A stretch of 64,000 nucleotides of DNA, taken from the NCBI GenBank assembly GCA_019828565.1, contig JAHDYR010000003.1, positions 722,104-786,103 of the forward strand, in the 5' to 3' direction. Below, piece by piece: positions 10,407 to 21,577 of this stretch (its first letter is position 1; each line of letters starts with the position of its first letter). The notes under the pieces are model-generated. The model ran no database searches, had not been told where the DNA came from, and saw only the letters and a program-made list of their open reading frames with translations. Origin of the DNA: Carpediemonas membranifera BICM (lineage: Eukaryota; Protista; Fornicata). Made by a program: the position numbers and the translations under genes.

Positions 10407-11402
10407 TCAGAGCCTCTTCAGCTCCCGGATCAGCAGCTGCTTCTCGTCCTTGAACTGGTCGTCCTGCCCGTCCCGGTCGTTCTGGAAGTCTGATAGATAT
10501 GCGATCATCTTGTCCTTGTTCTTGGTGAGGATGGACATCACGCCCTCGCTCTCAGACTTCTTGGGGTTGGCGACGAAGACCTTGAACACGTGGAACGCCT
10601 CAAACTGGATCGACTTGTTGGGGTCAATCAGCAGCTTCATCATCAGCTTCAGGTTGTCCGCATCGGCGATGTACTTCTTCATGAGGGCGAAGTTCGCCTG
10701 GTCGAGGAGCATCTCCGCGAGCAGCTTGACTGACTGTCTCCGGGTCACGTAGTTCTCCGAGAGCAGCAGCTGGCGGTACTTCGCAAAGAAATCGTCGTAG
10801 TTGGCCGTCAGGTAGGTAGAAAGTGTCCTCTTATGCTGGGTCAACAGCGTCTTAAGCGTGGCAAATGCGTCCGACCCGATGTCAAACGAGCGGACCTGGG
10901 TCTGCTCAAAAAGCTTCTCCAAGTACGTGTCCAAGACGTGCTTGCTGATTCGTTCGCTCTTGAGGCAGTCGCGGAGGATGAGACCTGCGGTGAGAGCAGA
11001 GTTTGAATCGAGGTCGTAGGCATCGATCAGAATCTTAAGAATCTCGGGACGGTGGAGCACATACTTCACCGGATCGAGGGTGCCCTTGTGCCGCATCACG
11101 CAGGACACAATGCGGGCGAAGTCGGAGCGGGTGTCGACATCAAAACGGGTGAAATACTGGAAAAGATTGAACAGGAGCTCGCTCTCAGGATCAATGAGCA
11201 TGGAAACCACCGTCTCAACCACATCTGGATCCGGTTCCTTGTCGGGTTCACCATACAGAGCAGCGCGAATTGTTGCCAGCTCCTTGGTAACGCCCTCCTG
11301 TGTTTCAGTCGAAACTTCCTCACTGGAGCTGTACTCCTCAAGGTACTTCTCCAGACGGCCAATGTATTTGCTTGGTTTGAATGAGTGCTTGCGCTTGAAC
11401 AT
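10407..11402 (-). CDS. CAB39: MO25/CAB39 kinase scaffold
   Basis: FDIGSDAFAT, SENYVTRRQSVKLL and KSIQFEAFHVFKVFVANP. Start placed at MFKRKH. Confidence 0.95.
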   Translation of the reverse strand: MFKRKHSFKPSKYIGRLEKYLEEYSSSEEVSTETQEGVTKELATIRAALYGEPDKEPDPDVVETVVSMLIDPESELLFNLFQYFTRFDVDTRSDFARIVSCVMRHKGTLDPVKYVLHRPEILKILIDAYDLDSNSALTAGLILRDCLKSERISKHVLDTYLEKLFEQTQVRSFDIGSDAFATLKTLLTQHKRTLSTYLTANYDDFFAKYRQLLLSENYVTRRQSVKLLAEMLLDQANFALMKKYIADADNLKLMMKLLIDPNKSIQFEAFHVFKVFVANPKKSESEGVMSILTKNKDKMIAYLSDFQNDRDGQDDQFKDEKQLLIRELKRL

Positions 11403-11617
11403 GGGATTGGCGAAAGAACGGAGAGTTCCTGGCTGAATTTGGTGTTGGCTTGTCCAAACATGGACACGCATGTAACAATGTAAATGATGCATGATGACTC
11501 TGCCAGCATATTCAGGGTGACTATTCGCGCCCATAACAGCATTTTCAGGCCAGACTGGGCCAACAGCGGCTGGCGCCTATCCTGCGCACTTAAGATCGTT
11601 GAGCGAAAGCAAACCCC

Positions 11618-12157
11618 ATGTCCGGCCGCAGAACGATCACACCAGTGAATCAGAAAGTTCTCACAAATGTAGCCGTTGTGAGGTACAAAACCCACGGCAT
11701 ACGGTACGAGATCGCGTGTTTCCCCAACAAGGTCGCCGATTGGCGCAACGGTGCTGAGAAGGACATTGAGGAGGTGCTTCAGGCTGATATGGTCTACTCA
11801 AACGTGTCCAAGGGAGTCTTTGCCAAGGACGCGGATCTCAAGAAGGGCTTCGGGACCTCCGACCACTTCGAAGTGGCCAAGATCATCCTCCAGAAGGGCG
11901 AGCTGCAGGTCTCCGCTAAGGAACGCGCTCACGGCCAAGATGCGATGCTTAAGGAGATTGCCTCAATTGTCAGCGCGCAGACGATCAATCCCGAGACCGG
12001 GCTGCCCTACCCAACGACTGTCGTGCTGCGGGAGATGGCAAACATTCACTACAACGTTAAGACTGGCAAGCCCGCTAAGGCACAGGCGGCGGACGTCATT
12101 CGCCAGCTCCAAGAGCGGATTCCGATAGAGAAGAACCTGTTCGACGGTGCCTTGTGA
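11618..12157 (+). CDS. SBDS: SBDS/Sdo1 ribosome maturation factor (domains I-II only as read)
   Basis: TPVNQKVLTNVAVVRY, YEIACFPNKV, NVSKG, ILQKGELQVS, INPETGLPYP and AKAQA. Confidence 0.92.
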   Translation: MSGRRTITPVNQKVLTNVAVVRYKTHGIRYEIACFPNKVADWRNGAEKDIEEVLQADMVYSNVSKGVFAKDADLKKGFGTSDHFEVAKIILQKGELQVSAKERAHGQDAMLKEIASIVSAQTINPETGLPYPTTVVLREMANIHYNVKTGKPAKAQAADVIRQLQERIPIEKNLFDGAL

Positions 12158-12281
12158 GCAACTGGTCCGCAGACTGATGAACGGCTGTAAACACTCGGTT
12201 GACTTCGTTGTTCCAGGTGAGAATCCGGTCTGGGCGAGATTTTGAGGTCTCCGCAGTTTATGCCAAAAATACTGAATCGAG

Positions 12282-13757
12282 ATGAACTCGATGGATACAA
12301 CGGTGCTTGATAAGGCTGAGCAAAACCTGATCAAGTTAGTTAGTGGTACACAGGATATGCTTAGCTCACTAGCTGAAAGTGCCGCCAATCCTTCAAACCG
12401 CGAGCCTGCGACTGCAGAGTCAGTTGGACAGCTTTACAGCCTCTTATCAGACATCAAGGAGTCCCTCCATGATGAAGTAGGCAAGATGCGTCCTCTTCAC
12501 AACCACCGATCCCACCGAGCAATGCACCAGTTCATCCAGAGCAGGAAAGACCTCGCCCAGAAGATCCCCGAGTTCCTACAGGCTGCGGCCAACGCCTCCA
12601 TCCAAGCTGTATCCACTCAGGCCCCACTTGCCACCGGAGACGCCACGATGTCTCTCCACCGCGTGGACCCCGCCGTCCAGCGCTACGTCTGGGGCATGGA
12701 GCCGCCCTGCCTCGTCCACGCCATGTCCGGCGCCGCAGACGGGACTCCGGAGCCTTGGGCCGAGGCATGGTTCGGCGTTCATCCCCGGGCCCCGTCGACC
12801 CTCCCCAATGGCATGCCGCTGACCGAGTTCATCGCATCTAACCCTGCCCTTGGCTTCCCGCCCTTCCTGCTCAAGGCCCTCTCCATCGCCAAGCCGCTGT
12901 CGATCCAGGCCCACCCCGACCAAGAGCTCGCAGCCACGCTCCATGCCCGCCGGCCGGACATCTACCCGGACGCCTCACACAAGCCGGAGCTCATGATCGC
13001 GGTGAAGCCGACGCGGGTGCTGTGCGGGTTCAAGACGTCGGCGGAGCTCCTGGAGCTCGTGGGCAAACTACCAGCCCTCGCGGCGGCATTTGGAGCAGCC
13101 GCATTTGATGCGTTCAATTCTGAACCCTGGTCCGGTGTCAAGGGCTGTCTCACCCACCTGTTCGACCACCCCGAGACCCACGAGGCCGCCATTGCCGAGC
13201 TCGTTGCCGTGGACGGCGTGGCGGCGTTCGTCCACGGCTTCTTCGGCACGGACGTCGGCGTCATTGTCGCCGCCCTCCTCCAGCACCGCACGCTGCAGCC
13301 CGGGGAGGCGGTGTTCATCCCGGCCAACGAGCTGCACTGCTACCTCAGCGGCGAGGGCATCGAGGTCATGGTGTCCTCAGACAACGTCGTCCGGTGCGGG
13401 CTGACGGGCAAGCTCATCGACACCCCGACTCTGCTCGGGATGGTCTCGGGCATGCATGCAGAGATGGCCCAGGTCACCCCGACAGTAAGCGGGCCCTTCA
13501 GATCTTTTGATTGCCCCGCTGAGTTCAGGGTTGTCGGCGTCACACTCGATGGGGGAAACACGGAGGCCGACGTCGAGCCCATGCCGGGCCCTCTGTTCGT
13601 CCTCTGCATGACAGGGGAGGTCGAGGTCTCGACGCCCATGGGTTCATCGGCCGTGATCTGCGCGCACCAGTGCTTGTTTGCCGGCATCGACCTGGGGCTC
13701 GCCGGTCTTAGGATGCGGGGGCGCGGTGAGGCCATCATCGTGGCGCCGAGAGTGTAG
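12282..13757 (+). CDS. MPI: Mannose-6-phosphate isomerase type I with ~120-aa helical N-terminal extension
   Basis: QRYVWG, AEAWFGVHP, PFLLKALSIAKPLSIQAHPD, HKPE, HCYLSGEGIEVMVSSDNVVRCGLT. The PMI domain starts at Met 12648. Confidence 0.92.
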   Translation: MNSMDTTVLDKAEQNLIKLVSGTQDMLSSLAESAANPSNREPATAESVGQLYSLLSDIKESLHDEVGKMRPLHNHRSHRAMHQFIQSRKDLAQKIPEFLQAAANASIQAVSTQAPLATGDATMSLHRVDPAVQRYVWGMEPPCLVHAMSGAADGTPEPWAEAWFGVHPRAPSTLPNGMPLTEFIASNPALGFPPFLLKALSIAKPLSIQAHPDQELAATLHARRPDIYPDASHKPELMIAVKPTRVLCGFKTSAELLELVGKLPALAAAFGAAAFDAFNSEPWSGVKGCLTHLFDHPETHEAAIAELVAVDGVAAFVHGFFGTDVGVIVAALLQHRTLQPGEAVFIPANELHCYLSGEGIEVMVSSDNVVRCGLTGKLIDTPTLLGMVSGMHAEMAQVTPTVSGPFRSFDCPAEFRVVGVTLDGGNTEADVEPMPGPLFVLCMTGEVEVSTPMGSSAVICAHQCLFAGIDLGLAGLRMRGRGEAIIVAPRV

Positions 13758-13893
13758 ATTCGTTGAGTGTTAGGCTGTATATATCATAAATTTGTCATTT
13801 TCCTGCCAGCTACAAGGACATGCGGTTGGACATCCCTCGAGGATGTATCACAGTTGTTGTTGTCACATAAAGCAAACGCGCAGTTTATATTGC

Positions 13894-16030
13894 CTAATCA
13901 ACCTCCTCGAGGTCCTCGTCCTCGGCGACCTCTTCAACGGGGGCCTCGACGGGGGCGGCGACCTCAGTCTCATCGACACCGAGGCCGATGGAGACGATGT
14001 TGTAGATGCGGCTGACGAAGGAGTTGGGGTCGTCGAGGGTGAAGCCGGAGTTGAGCATGGCGGTGTCGAACATGAGCCACACGAGGTCCTTGGCCGTGGC
14101 CGAGTCCTCGCCCTCCTCCTCGATCTTCTGGCGGAGGTTCTGGATGATGGCGTGGCCGGGGTTGATCTCGAGGGTCTTGCGGCCGCTCATGTACTGCATC
14201 ATGGTGTTGTCACGGAGCGCCTGGGCCTTGACGATACGCTCGAGGTTGGCGGACCAGCCGTGCTCGCCGGTGACGAGGATGCAGGGGGAGTTGACCAGGC
14301 GGGAGCTGCCGAGAACAACCTTCTCGACCTTGTCGCCGAGAACGTTCTTCATGACGGTGCAGAGCTGGGCGAAGGCGGCCTTGTCCTCCTCGGCCTTCTT
14401 CTTCTCGTCCTCAGTCTGCTCGAGCTCGAGGCCCTCCTTGGTGACGCAGACGAGCTTCTTGCCCTCGTACTCCTTGAGAGCGGTGACGCAGTACTCGTCG
14501 ATGGGGTCGACGAGGAAGAGAACCTCGAAGTCCTTCTGGCGCAGGGCCTCAAGGAAGGGGGAGTTCTCGACGGCCTTCTGGCTCTCGCCGGTGATGTAGT
14601 AGATGCTCTTCTGGCCCTCCTTCATGCGGGTGATGTAGTCGTCGAGGGAGGTGCGGTCGTCGGTCGACTTGGTCGAGGTGTAGCGGAGGAGCTTGGCGAG
14701 CTTGTCGCGGTTGGCGGAGTCCTCGTGGACGCCGAGGGAGATCTGCTTGTTGAACTGCTCGTAGAAGGTCTTGTACTTCTCGGCGTCCTCGGAGATGTCG
14801 GTGAACATCTCGATGGCGCGCTTGACGAGGTTCTTGCGGATGACCTTGAGGACGGTGTTGCGCTGGAGCATCTCACGGGAGATGTTGAGGGGCAGGTCCT
14901 CGGAGTCGACGACGCCCTTGACGAAGCCGAGCCACTCGGGGATGAGGTCCTCGCAGTTGTCCATGATGAAGACGCGGCGCACGAACAGCTTGATGTTGTT
15001 CTTCTTCTTGTTCTGCTCGAACATGTCGAAGGGGGCGCGCTTGGGGATGTAGAGGAGGGACTTGAACTCAAGCTGGCCCTCGACAGAGAAGTGCTTGTGG
15101 TAGAGGGGCTCCTCCCAGTCGTTCGAGAGGGACTTGTAGAACTCGGTGTACTCCTCCTCGGTGACGTCGGCGGGGGCGCGGGTCCAGATGGCCTGCTGGG
15201 TGTTGACGTGCTCGAACTCCTGGACGGTCTCCTTGACCTTCTTGGTCTTCTTCTCCTTCTTCTCCTCGTCGACCTCCTCGATCTTAGGCTTGTCCTCGTC
15301 CTCCTCGGCCTCAACCTCCTCGACCTTGGACTCGGCCTCGTCGTCGGTGACCTCCTTCTCCTCTTCCTTCGTGACGAAGAGGCTGATGGGGTAGGAGACG
15401 AACTGGGAGTGGGTGTTGATGAGGCCCTTGATCTTGGCCTCGTCGAGGTACTCGAGCTGGTCCTCCTTCATGTGGAGGACGAGGCGGGTACCGCGGCCAA
15501 GGGTGTCCTCGGACTCGGTGATGGTGAACTCACCGCCGGCAGAGGACTCCCAGGTGTGGCAGGCGTCGTCGTTGTGCTTGGAGGTGACAGTGACGCTGTC
15601 GGCGACGAGGAAGGCAGAGTAGAAGCCGACACCGAACTGGCCGATGAGGGAGAGGTCGCTGGCGCCGCTCTGGATAGCCTCCATGAACTGCTTGGTGCCA
15701 GACTTGGCGATGGTGCCAAGGTTGTTGATGAGATCGGCCTTGGTCATGCCAACACCGGAATCCTCGATGGTGAGGGTCTTGGCCTCCTTGTCGGGGATGA
15801 TCTTGATCTCCATCTCCTTCTTGGACTCGAGAGCGGAGGAATCAGTCAGAGACTGGTAGCGGATCTTGTCAAGAGCATCAGAAGCGTTGGAAACGAGCTC
15901 GCGAAGGAAGACATCCTTGTTTGAGTAGAAAGTGTTGATGATCAGAGAGAGAAGCTGTGTAAAGGGGAAATGAAGCTCAAATGCAACATACCTGGTTGAT
16001 CTCAGCCTGGAACTGGAAGGTTTCGGACAT
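13894..16030 (-). CDS. HSP90: Cytosolic Hsp90; exon 1 16030-15992, 37-nt intron 15991-15955
   Basis: Splicing yields [13 protein letters not shown]|[13 protein letters not shown]; also [10 protein letters not shown] and C-terminal LEEVD. Intron GTATGT...TTTACACAG. Confidence 0.98.
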
Positions 16031-16629
16031 ACAGACGTATACAGACAAACTGTTTTGGCGCGGCGAATCAATCCGATCAAAACACCCCAAATTGATTGGA
16101 CAGATTGATCTGTGGAACCTGTCGTCTATGAGCGGTGCAGGGGCAGAACACGTCGAGTACTTGCAAAGTGTTGATAATCGCTCGGGCTGCTCGAATAGAT
16201 TTGATAGATGTCGGGGTTGAGATTCATCAGTGCAAGCTGAACGCAGATTTTTGGCCGACCAGTAGCAGTAGTAACGTGCACAGTGCTCTCCGGTGCGTTC
16301 TTGTCGGTAGTCAAAACCCTCTTTTCCATCACTTAATCAGCCGACCAACATGGCAAGCTGAGCTAGCATAGCCAGCGTCTGACCCGATGGCCGGTGTCAC
16401 AGGATAAGAATGATTAAATGGTGACCACCCACCCCGGCAGAGGCATTGTTGACCGGCAGAGGCATTGCCATCAGCAAAGACAACGGCAATGTCAAAACTT
16501 GAGCCGGTGGATTTCCCAGCTACTCGGAGACTGCGGGTCGTAGCGAGACTTGGAGCCCGCCATCGACGCGATCTCCTTGAGGAAGTCGAGTGACAGTCAG
16601 CCGAAAAATGTGCCAAAAACTGCACCATC

Positions 16630-18143
16630 ATGAACAAGGCGCAGAACGGACTGGATTTGCTCTCTCAGGCATATTCATGCTACAGAAGACACAAATTTGA
16701 CGATGCTGTGGAGATTTGTACCACGCTTTTGGCCAAAAACAGCCTTGATCAGGCTGCTTTCGTGCTCAAATGCCGTGCAGCCAATGCTATGGTCGCTGTA
16801 GACCGCACTGGTTCGTGGAACATGCTATCTTTCACCCAGATATTGACGAGGAAGTTGCTGGAGACACGCTACTTGATCGAAACGCGGCCACGACGACAGC
16901 TCGAGTTGGCACGACGTACCGACGCACATCTACTGCCGCCAGACCCGTGACCAAGTCAGGCCGACCTGTTACCGGTTTTATGCGGCCTGGAACGCAGAAT
17001 CGCATGGCCTCTGGCCGCCGCCAACAGATGAAGACCGCGACAGCCAGGGCCGGCACGGCGAGGCCGGTCACATCGGGCGGAAGGGTCCTTAGGCTTGGCA
17101 CGGCGTCACTCGCGACACTGCAGAGGGAAGGGCAGATCGAGCTGGGGTCGATTGACCCGCACTCGTACGCCTCGAAGCCCTATGGCCGGATTCTGGCCGA
17201 CTATCTCATAGACGTGTCCGGGGAGACGTCAAGGGCCACGGAGCTGGCTAGCACTGCTCTTGGACTGAAGGAGGACGATGTATTCTGGTGCCACCGCCAC
17301 GCCCGCGCCCTGTACAACCTCGGGCTTCTCCAAGAGGCCGAGACGGCGTACAAGCGCGTGCTGCAGCTTGCCCCGTCCGTGTCAGTCTTCATGGAGGCAG
17401 CCCGCATCCCAGTCCGCCGTGACCAGCCGCTGGCGGCCAAGGAGCTGTACGACCGGGGCCTGGCGGTGTTCCCGGGGTCCCCCTCCCTCATCCTGGGCAA
17501 GGCCAGGGTCGAGGACACACTCGGGAACGAGGCGGAGGCGGAGAAGCTGTTCAAGGCCGTGATCCGGGCCGACCCCACCAACCTCGAGGCGATCGCGTCG
17601 TACGGGGCAAACGCCTTCTACTCCTCCCGGTACGAGCTCGCCCTGCAGCTGTTCACCCGGCTTGTGCACATGGACGCTGCTGTTCCGGCGGTCTGGAATA
17701 ATCTGGCCCTCTGCTACCACCACATCTGCCAGCCCGACCTCGCCCTGCAGGCCCTGCAGCGGGCACTGCTCGGGGCCGACTCGGACGCCACGGCTGCCGT
17801 CTGGTACAACACGGCGCTGGTCGCACTGGCCCTGGGCGAGCATGCCTTGGCCAGGGACGCGCTACACTGCACGCTGCAGACGGACCCAGCGCATACCGCC
17901 GCCCTAAACTGCCTGGGCGTCCTCGAGCTGCAGCAGGGTAACGATGAGGCGGCTCGGCAGGCGTATATGGCCGCCAGTGAAGGAGACGGGTTCGAGCCGC
18001 ACCTGAACCAGGCCCTGCTGGCGTACAAGACGGGCAGGGTGGAGAAGGCGTTTGAACTCGTCAAGGGTGTGTTGGAGGATGTGCCCGGTGAGGAGCAGGC
18101 GACCCAGCTGGAGGCCCGCATCAAAGAGGATTTCCTTCTGTAG
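16630..18143 (+). CDS. TTC8: BBS8/TTC8 BBSome TPR subunit; 29-nt intron 16811-16839
   Basis: RPVTKSGRPVTGFMRPGT and RPVTSGGRVLRLGTAS plus TPRs. Intron GTTCGT...TTCACCCAG joins the two ORFs in frame. Confidence 0.92.
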
Positions 18144-18249
18144 GGGTAAATAGTGAGAGGAGCAGTGCGATGTTTTATCTCGTATGGCTCCGTCCATTTG
18201 CGTCAGAGAAGGCCGCGTCAAGCCGGCCATTTGACGAGTTCAATGAGCA

Positions 18250-19323
18250 ATGGAGGGCGAGACGATCGAAACGATCCAGTTTGGCGATAACGTCATCATA
18301 TACGAGGGCGTGAACCGAGTATTCGTTCATAAGATCGTAGAGCATGAGCGGTACGACAGCAAGTTCGGCACCTTCTACAACTGCGATTTCGTCGGGAAAC
18401 GCTACGGCCAGCCGATCTTCGACAACAAGGACCGCAACCACATCTACGCGTTGAAGTTTAACTCACTTTTGTGGACTCTTGCGCTTGAGAAGCGCACGCA
18501 GGTGCTATATCTGCCAGACATTGCCCATATCATCGCACAGCTCAACATCCGTGCCGGTGATACAGTCGTGGAGGCTGGAACGGGTTCAGGCTCCCTCTCG
18601 CATGCACTTGCCGAGGCTGTCGGCCCCACTGGCCGTCTCGTCACCTTTGAGTTTCACGAGGTTCGTGCCGCCGCGGCAAAGGAAGAATTCGCCGACCATG
18701 GTCTTAAGAACGTCACCAGCCTACACAGAGACGTCTTAACCGGCTTCCACGTTGACGACGCGGCTGTGGTGTGCGACGCTCTCTTCCTGGACGTACCCGC
18801 GCCATGGAGTGTGATCGAACATGTCGCCGAATCTCTCAGGCCGGGCAAGATGTTCTGCTCGTTCTCCCCATGCATCGAACAGGTCCAGCGCACCGTTGCT
18901 GCGGCTGCGAAGGCTGGGTTCACCGACATTGTAACTCACACCGTCGACGTCATCTCATACGACAGACGGTCCCGGCCTGTCTTCGACATCGTCACCCAGA
19001 CCATCAACCAGCTCCAGACAGGCGGCAAGATTGTCGAGAGCCGGCTTGCCAAGCGTGATGATGAGGAATCGAAGGCGAAGGCTGCGGAGGTCGCCGAGTC
19101 GCGGGAGCGGGCCATCGCGGCAATGGAGCAGCTGATACCTGTGCTTCCCCGCGGTGTGACGTCGCAGTGCATCCCCATGAAGGAGCAGCAGACACACAAA
19201 GGCTACCTCAGCTTCATGCGGGCCCCTATCCCCTTTGAGGGGGTGGAGATCGACGTTGAGGTCACCACGTTCATGAAAGGCGGGAAGCGCAAGGGCAGGG
19301 GCCGGGGGCGGGGGAAGAGGTAA
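18250..19323 (+). CDS. TRM61: tRNA (adenine58-N1)-methyltransferase catalytic subunit (Trm61/Gcd14)
   Basis: RTQVLYLPDI, VVEAGTGSGSLSH, TFEFHE, FLDVPAPW and FSPCIEQV. Confidence 0.95.
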   Translation: MEGETIETIQFGDNVIIYEGVNRVFVHKIVEHERYDSKFGTFYNCDFVGKRYGQPIFDNKDRNHIYALKFNSLLWTLALEKRTQVLYLPDIAHIIAQLNIRAGDTVVEAGTGSGSLSHALAEAVGPTGRLVTFEFHEVRAAAAKEEFADHGLKNVTSLHRDVLTGFHVDDAAVVCDALFLDVPAPWSVIEHVAESLRPGKMFCSFSPCIEQVQRTVAAAAKAGFTDIVTHTVDVISYDRRSRPVFDIVTQTINQLQTGGKIVESRLAKRDDEESKAKAAEVAESRERAIAAMEQLIPVLPRGVTSQCIPMKEQQTHKGYLSFMRAPIPFEGVEIDVEVTTFMKGGKRKGRGRGRGKR

Positions 19324-20372
19324 AGACTCGCGGATCATATGGTGGATGGTAAAGGGGTGGGTCCTGGCAGGCACGTCTGCTGGGGCGGTGTGCGGCAGTG
19401 ACAGGCCTGGGCAGTCGATGAGGAGATGGAGGGGGACTAAATGATTGCAATGGCATCGGTATCGTTATTAGACAATTTGCAGAGCGGTCGCTAGTGGTCG
19501 ACCTGACTTGTCACCCCGAGTTCAACCACTCAAAATGGTGCGTGCATGCTTTTGAGTCCATGCTGTAGCGATACCAGCCAGCAGGTTGGCGACATGTTCA
19601 CCCGATTTGAAATCCTATCGACTGCGGGTCCGAAGCTGAACGATGCTCTCACCTCGACTACTATCATCGAATCGCTGCCGCTCTGCCATAAAGCTTGTAT
19701 AGCCCTCTAACATCTGGATCCGGGCCATTACCAGCGGGCGCACACTGGAAGTATGTGTTTGGAGTCGGCCCAAACTTCGATTTCGACCGACATCGAACTT
19801 GACGAATAGAGGTCGGAGAGGGCTGAAACTCACACCATTACATCAAAATAGAAGCTCATACAGGATGGCTGACCCATCTTTATTTTTTAACCTGCCCACC
19901 TCGTTCGGCCGGACGCCGAGTTCACGGCGAAGGTACCGGTGGCCCGCAGGAACCAGCAGCGGCGGGCCATGAGAGAGCAGCTGGTGCGATAGGAAGAGTA
20001 CATCAGACGCTGTTCAGATCATCGTCGTGGTCATCAGCAAGAAGCGGAGGGCCTCCGCTAGCCAGGACAGCCGGCCGCAGTTAAGCCGGCCTCGCCAGTA
20101 GTGAATGCCGAATAGGCGCATGCCAGCCCTCATGACAGTCCAATAGCGGGATTATGATAATGTTTGTTGACCGGATTGCGGGAAGCATGATGAGGGCGTG
20201 ATCTGGCTGGGTTCGCAGGATCGGCAATTAATCCACGTCTATCCGAGCTTGACGTATGCACCAAGGCGTGTTGCCCCCTGGGTTGCGATAGTATCCGGGG
20301 TGGGTTCGGCTTGACTCGCAGACTCGGCGACAGAGATAGCGGACGAAGCCTTTCTTCGAACATAAGCGGATA

Positions 20373-21407
20373 ATGGCTGATTCCTCCGACCCATTCATGC
20401 AATCAAACCCCTTTTATGACCATGTCGAGCTCGATACATACGATCCCTTCGCTCAGGCGAAGAAGACTACAGAAACAGCAACACCACCAAAGACGATGCC
20501 GAGAATGGTGAAAGAAGCACCAAAAATACCAGCACCAGCAACACAGAAGCCAAGACCAGCGGAAACGAAGGCCTCTAAGATTCCCGTGGCGCCCGAAGCA
20601 CCCGTCGCAGACTTCGAGGCCCCTTATGGTGGGAACCCCGGCGACCGCGAGAAAGAACTACAAAAGCGCGAGGCCAACCTCGCTGCCCGCGAGCGTGCAT
20701 TGGAACAGCGGGAGAAGTCACTCGGCGGGGGCAACGGCAAGTCGCTCTCGGACGCCCCGAACTTCCCCCCGTTCCTGCCTTTCATCCACCACGACCTGCT
20801 CCACGACTTCGACAACTGGTTCCACCGCATCGTTCTGATCTCCGCCATCGGAGTGCAGGTCGCTGTGCTCCTCGCGACTTTTGCCAACATGGTCATCCTG
20901 ATATGGGCGGGGATCATCGCCATCTTCTACACTGTCCACACCGTGTTCTACAACTACATCTTCCACATGCTCCTGGGCGTCGTGCTCCACATCGTCGTCA
21001 CCCCCGCCCTCTTCATCCTGCAGTATAAGCCCCTCTACTCCGCCCTCAGGTACGGCCGCGGCACCTTCCTCATCTACAGCGCCGCCATCAGCATCGTGCT
21101 GCAGTTGCTCTGTCTCGTTGCATGCCTTGGCCTCGTAACAACCGGCACTGCTCTGCTCTACGACTTCTGGGACTGCACCACCGTCTTCTGGCCCAACCTA
21201 GTCATGACGGTCGTATGGTGGACGCTCAGCTGCTGCTTCCTTGCTCAGGCCATCCTCGTCGCCGTCGTCTTTGTCCACCACTACAAGGTCATCCCCATTA
21301 TCCAGAGGCTGTGGAAGAGCCCCGTCGCCCGCACTGCCGCAAAGACAGCCACAAAGCAGGCCGCGTCGTCGCTGAAGAGCAGTAAGCCACAGAGGAACAC
21401 TGTGTGA
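20373..21407 (+). CDS. Secretory carrier membrane protein (SCAMP)
   Basis: N-terminal NPF/DPF, coiled coil, NFPPFLPFIHHD, four TM segments and YKPLYSALR. Confidence 0.85.
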   Translation: MADSSDPFMQSNPFYDHVELDTYDPFAQAKKTTETATPPKTMPRMVKEAPKIPAPATQKPRPAETKASKIPVAPEAPVADFEAPYGGNPGDREKELQKREANLAARERALEQREKSLGGGNGKSLSDAPNFPPFLPFIHHDLLHDFDNWFHRIVLISAIGVQVAVLLATFANMVILIWAGIIAIFYTVHTVFYNYIFHMLLGVVLHIVVTPALFILQYKPLYSALRYGRGTFLIYSAAISIVLQLLCLVACLGLVTTGTALLYDFWDCTTVFWPNLVMTVVWWTLSCCFLAQAILVAVVFVHHYKVIPIIQRLWKSPVARTAAKTATKQAASSLKSSKPQRNTV

Positions 21408-21577
21408 GTCAAATTTCCCGTAAATAGTAGATTTAGGCCGATTTTGTGTTTCTGGGATTCATGTGAACTGGATGGATGCAGATAGTGTGCGAATCTCGAA
21501 GGTGGCACTCCATTGATTATCATCTGTTGAACTGAAGTATCATAGAGTGCACAGTGCAAGCACTGCGTCTCTCCACT

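Noticed and set aside
13792-15924. 710-aa antisense ORF opposite Hsp90
   Set aside because: Expected artefact of strong codon bias in a highly expressed gene; no domain motifs.
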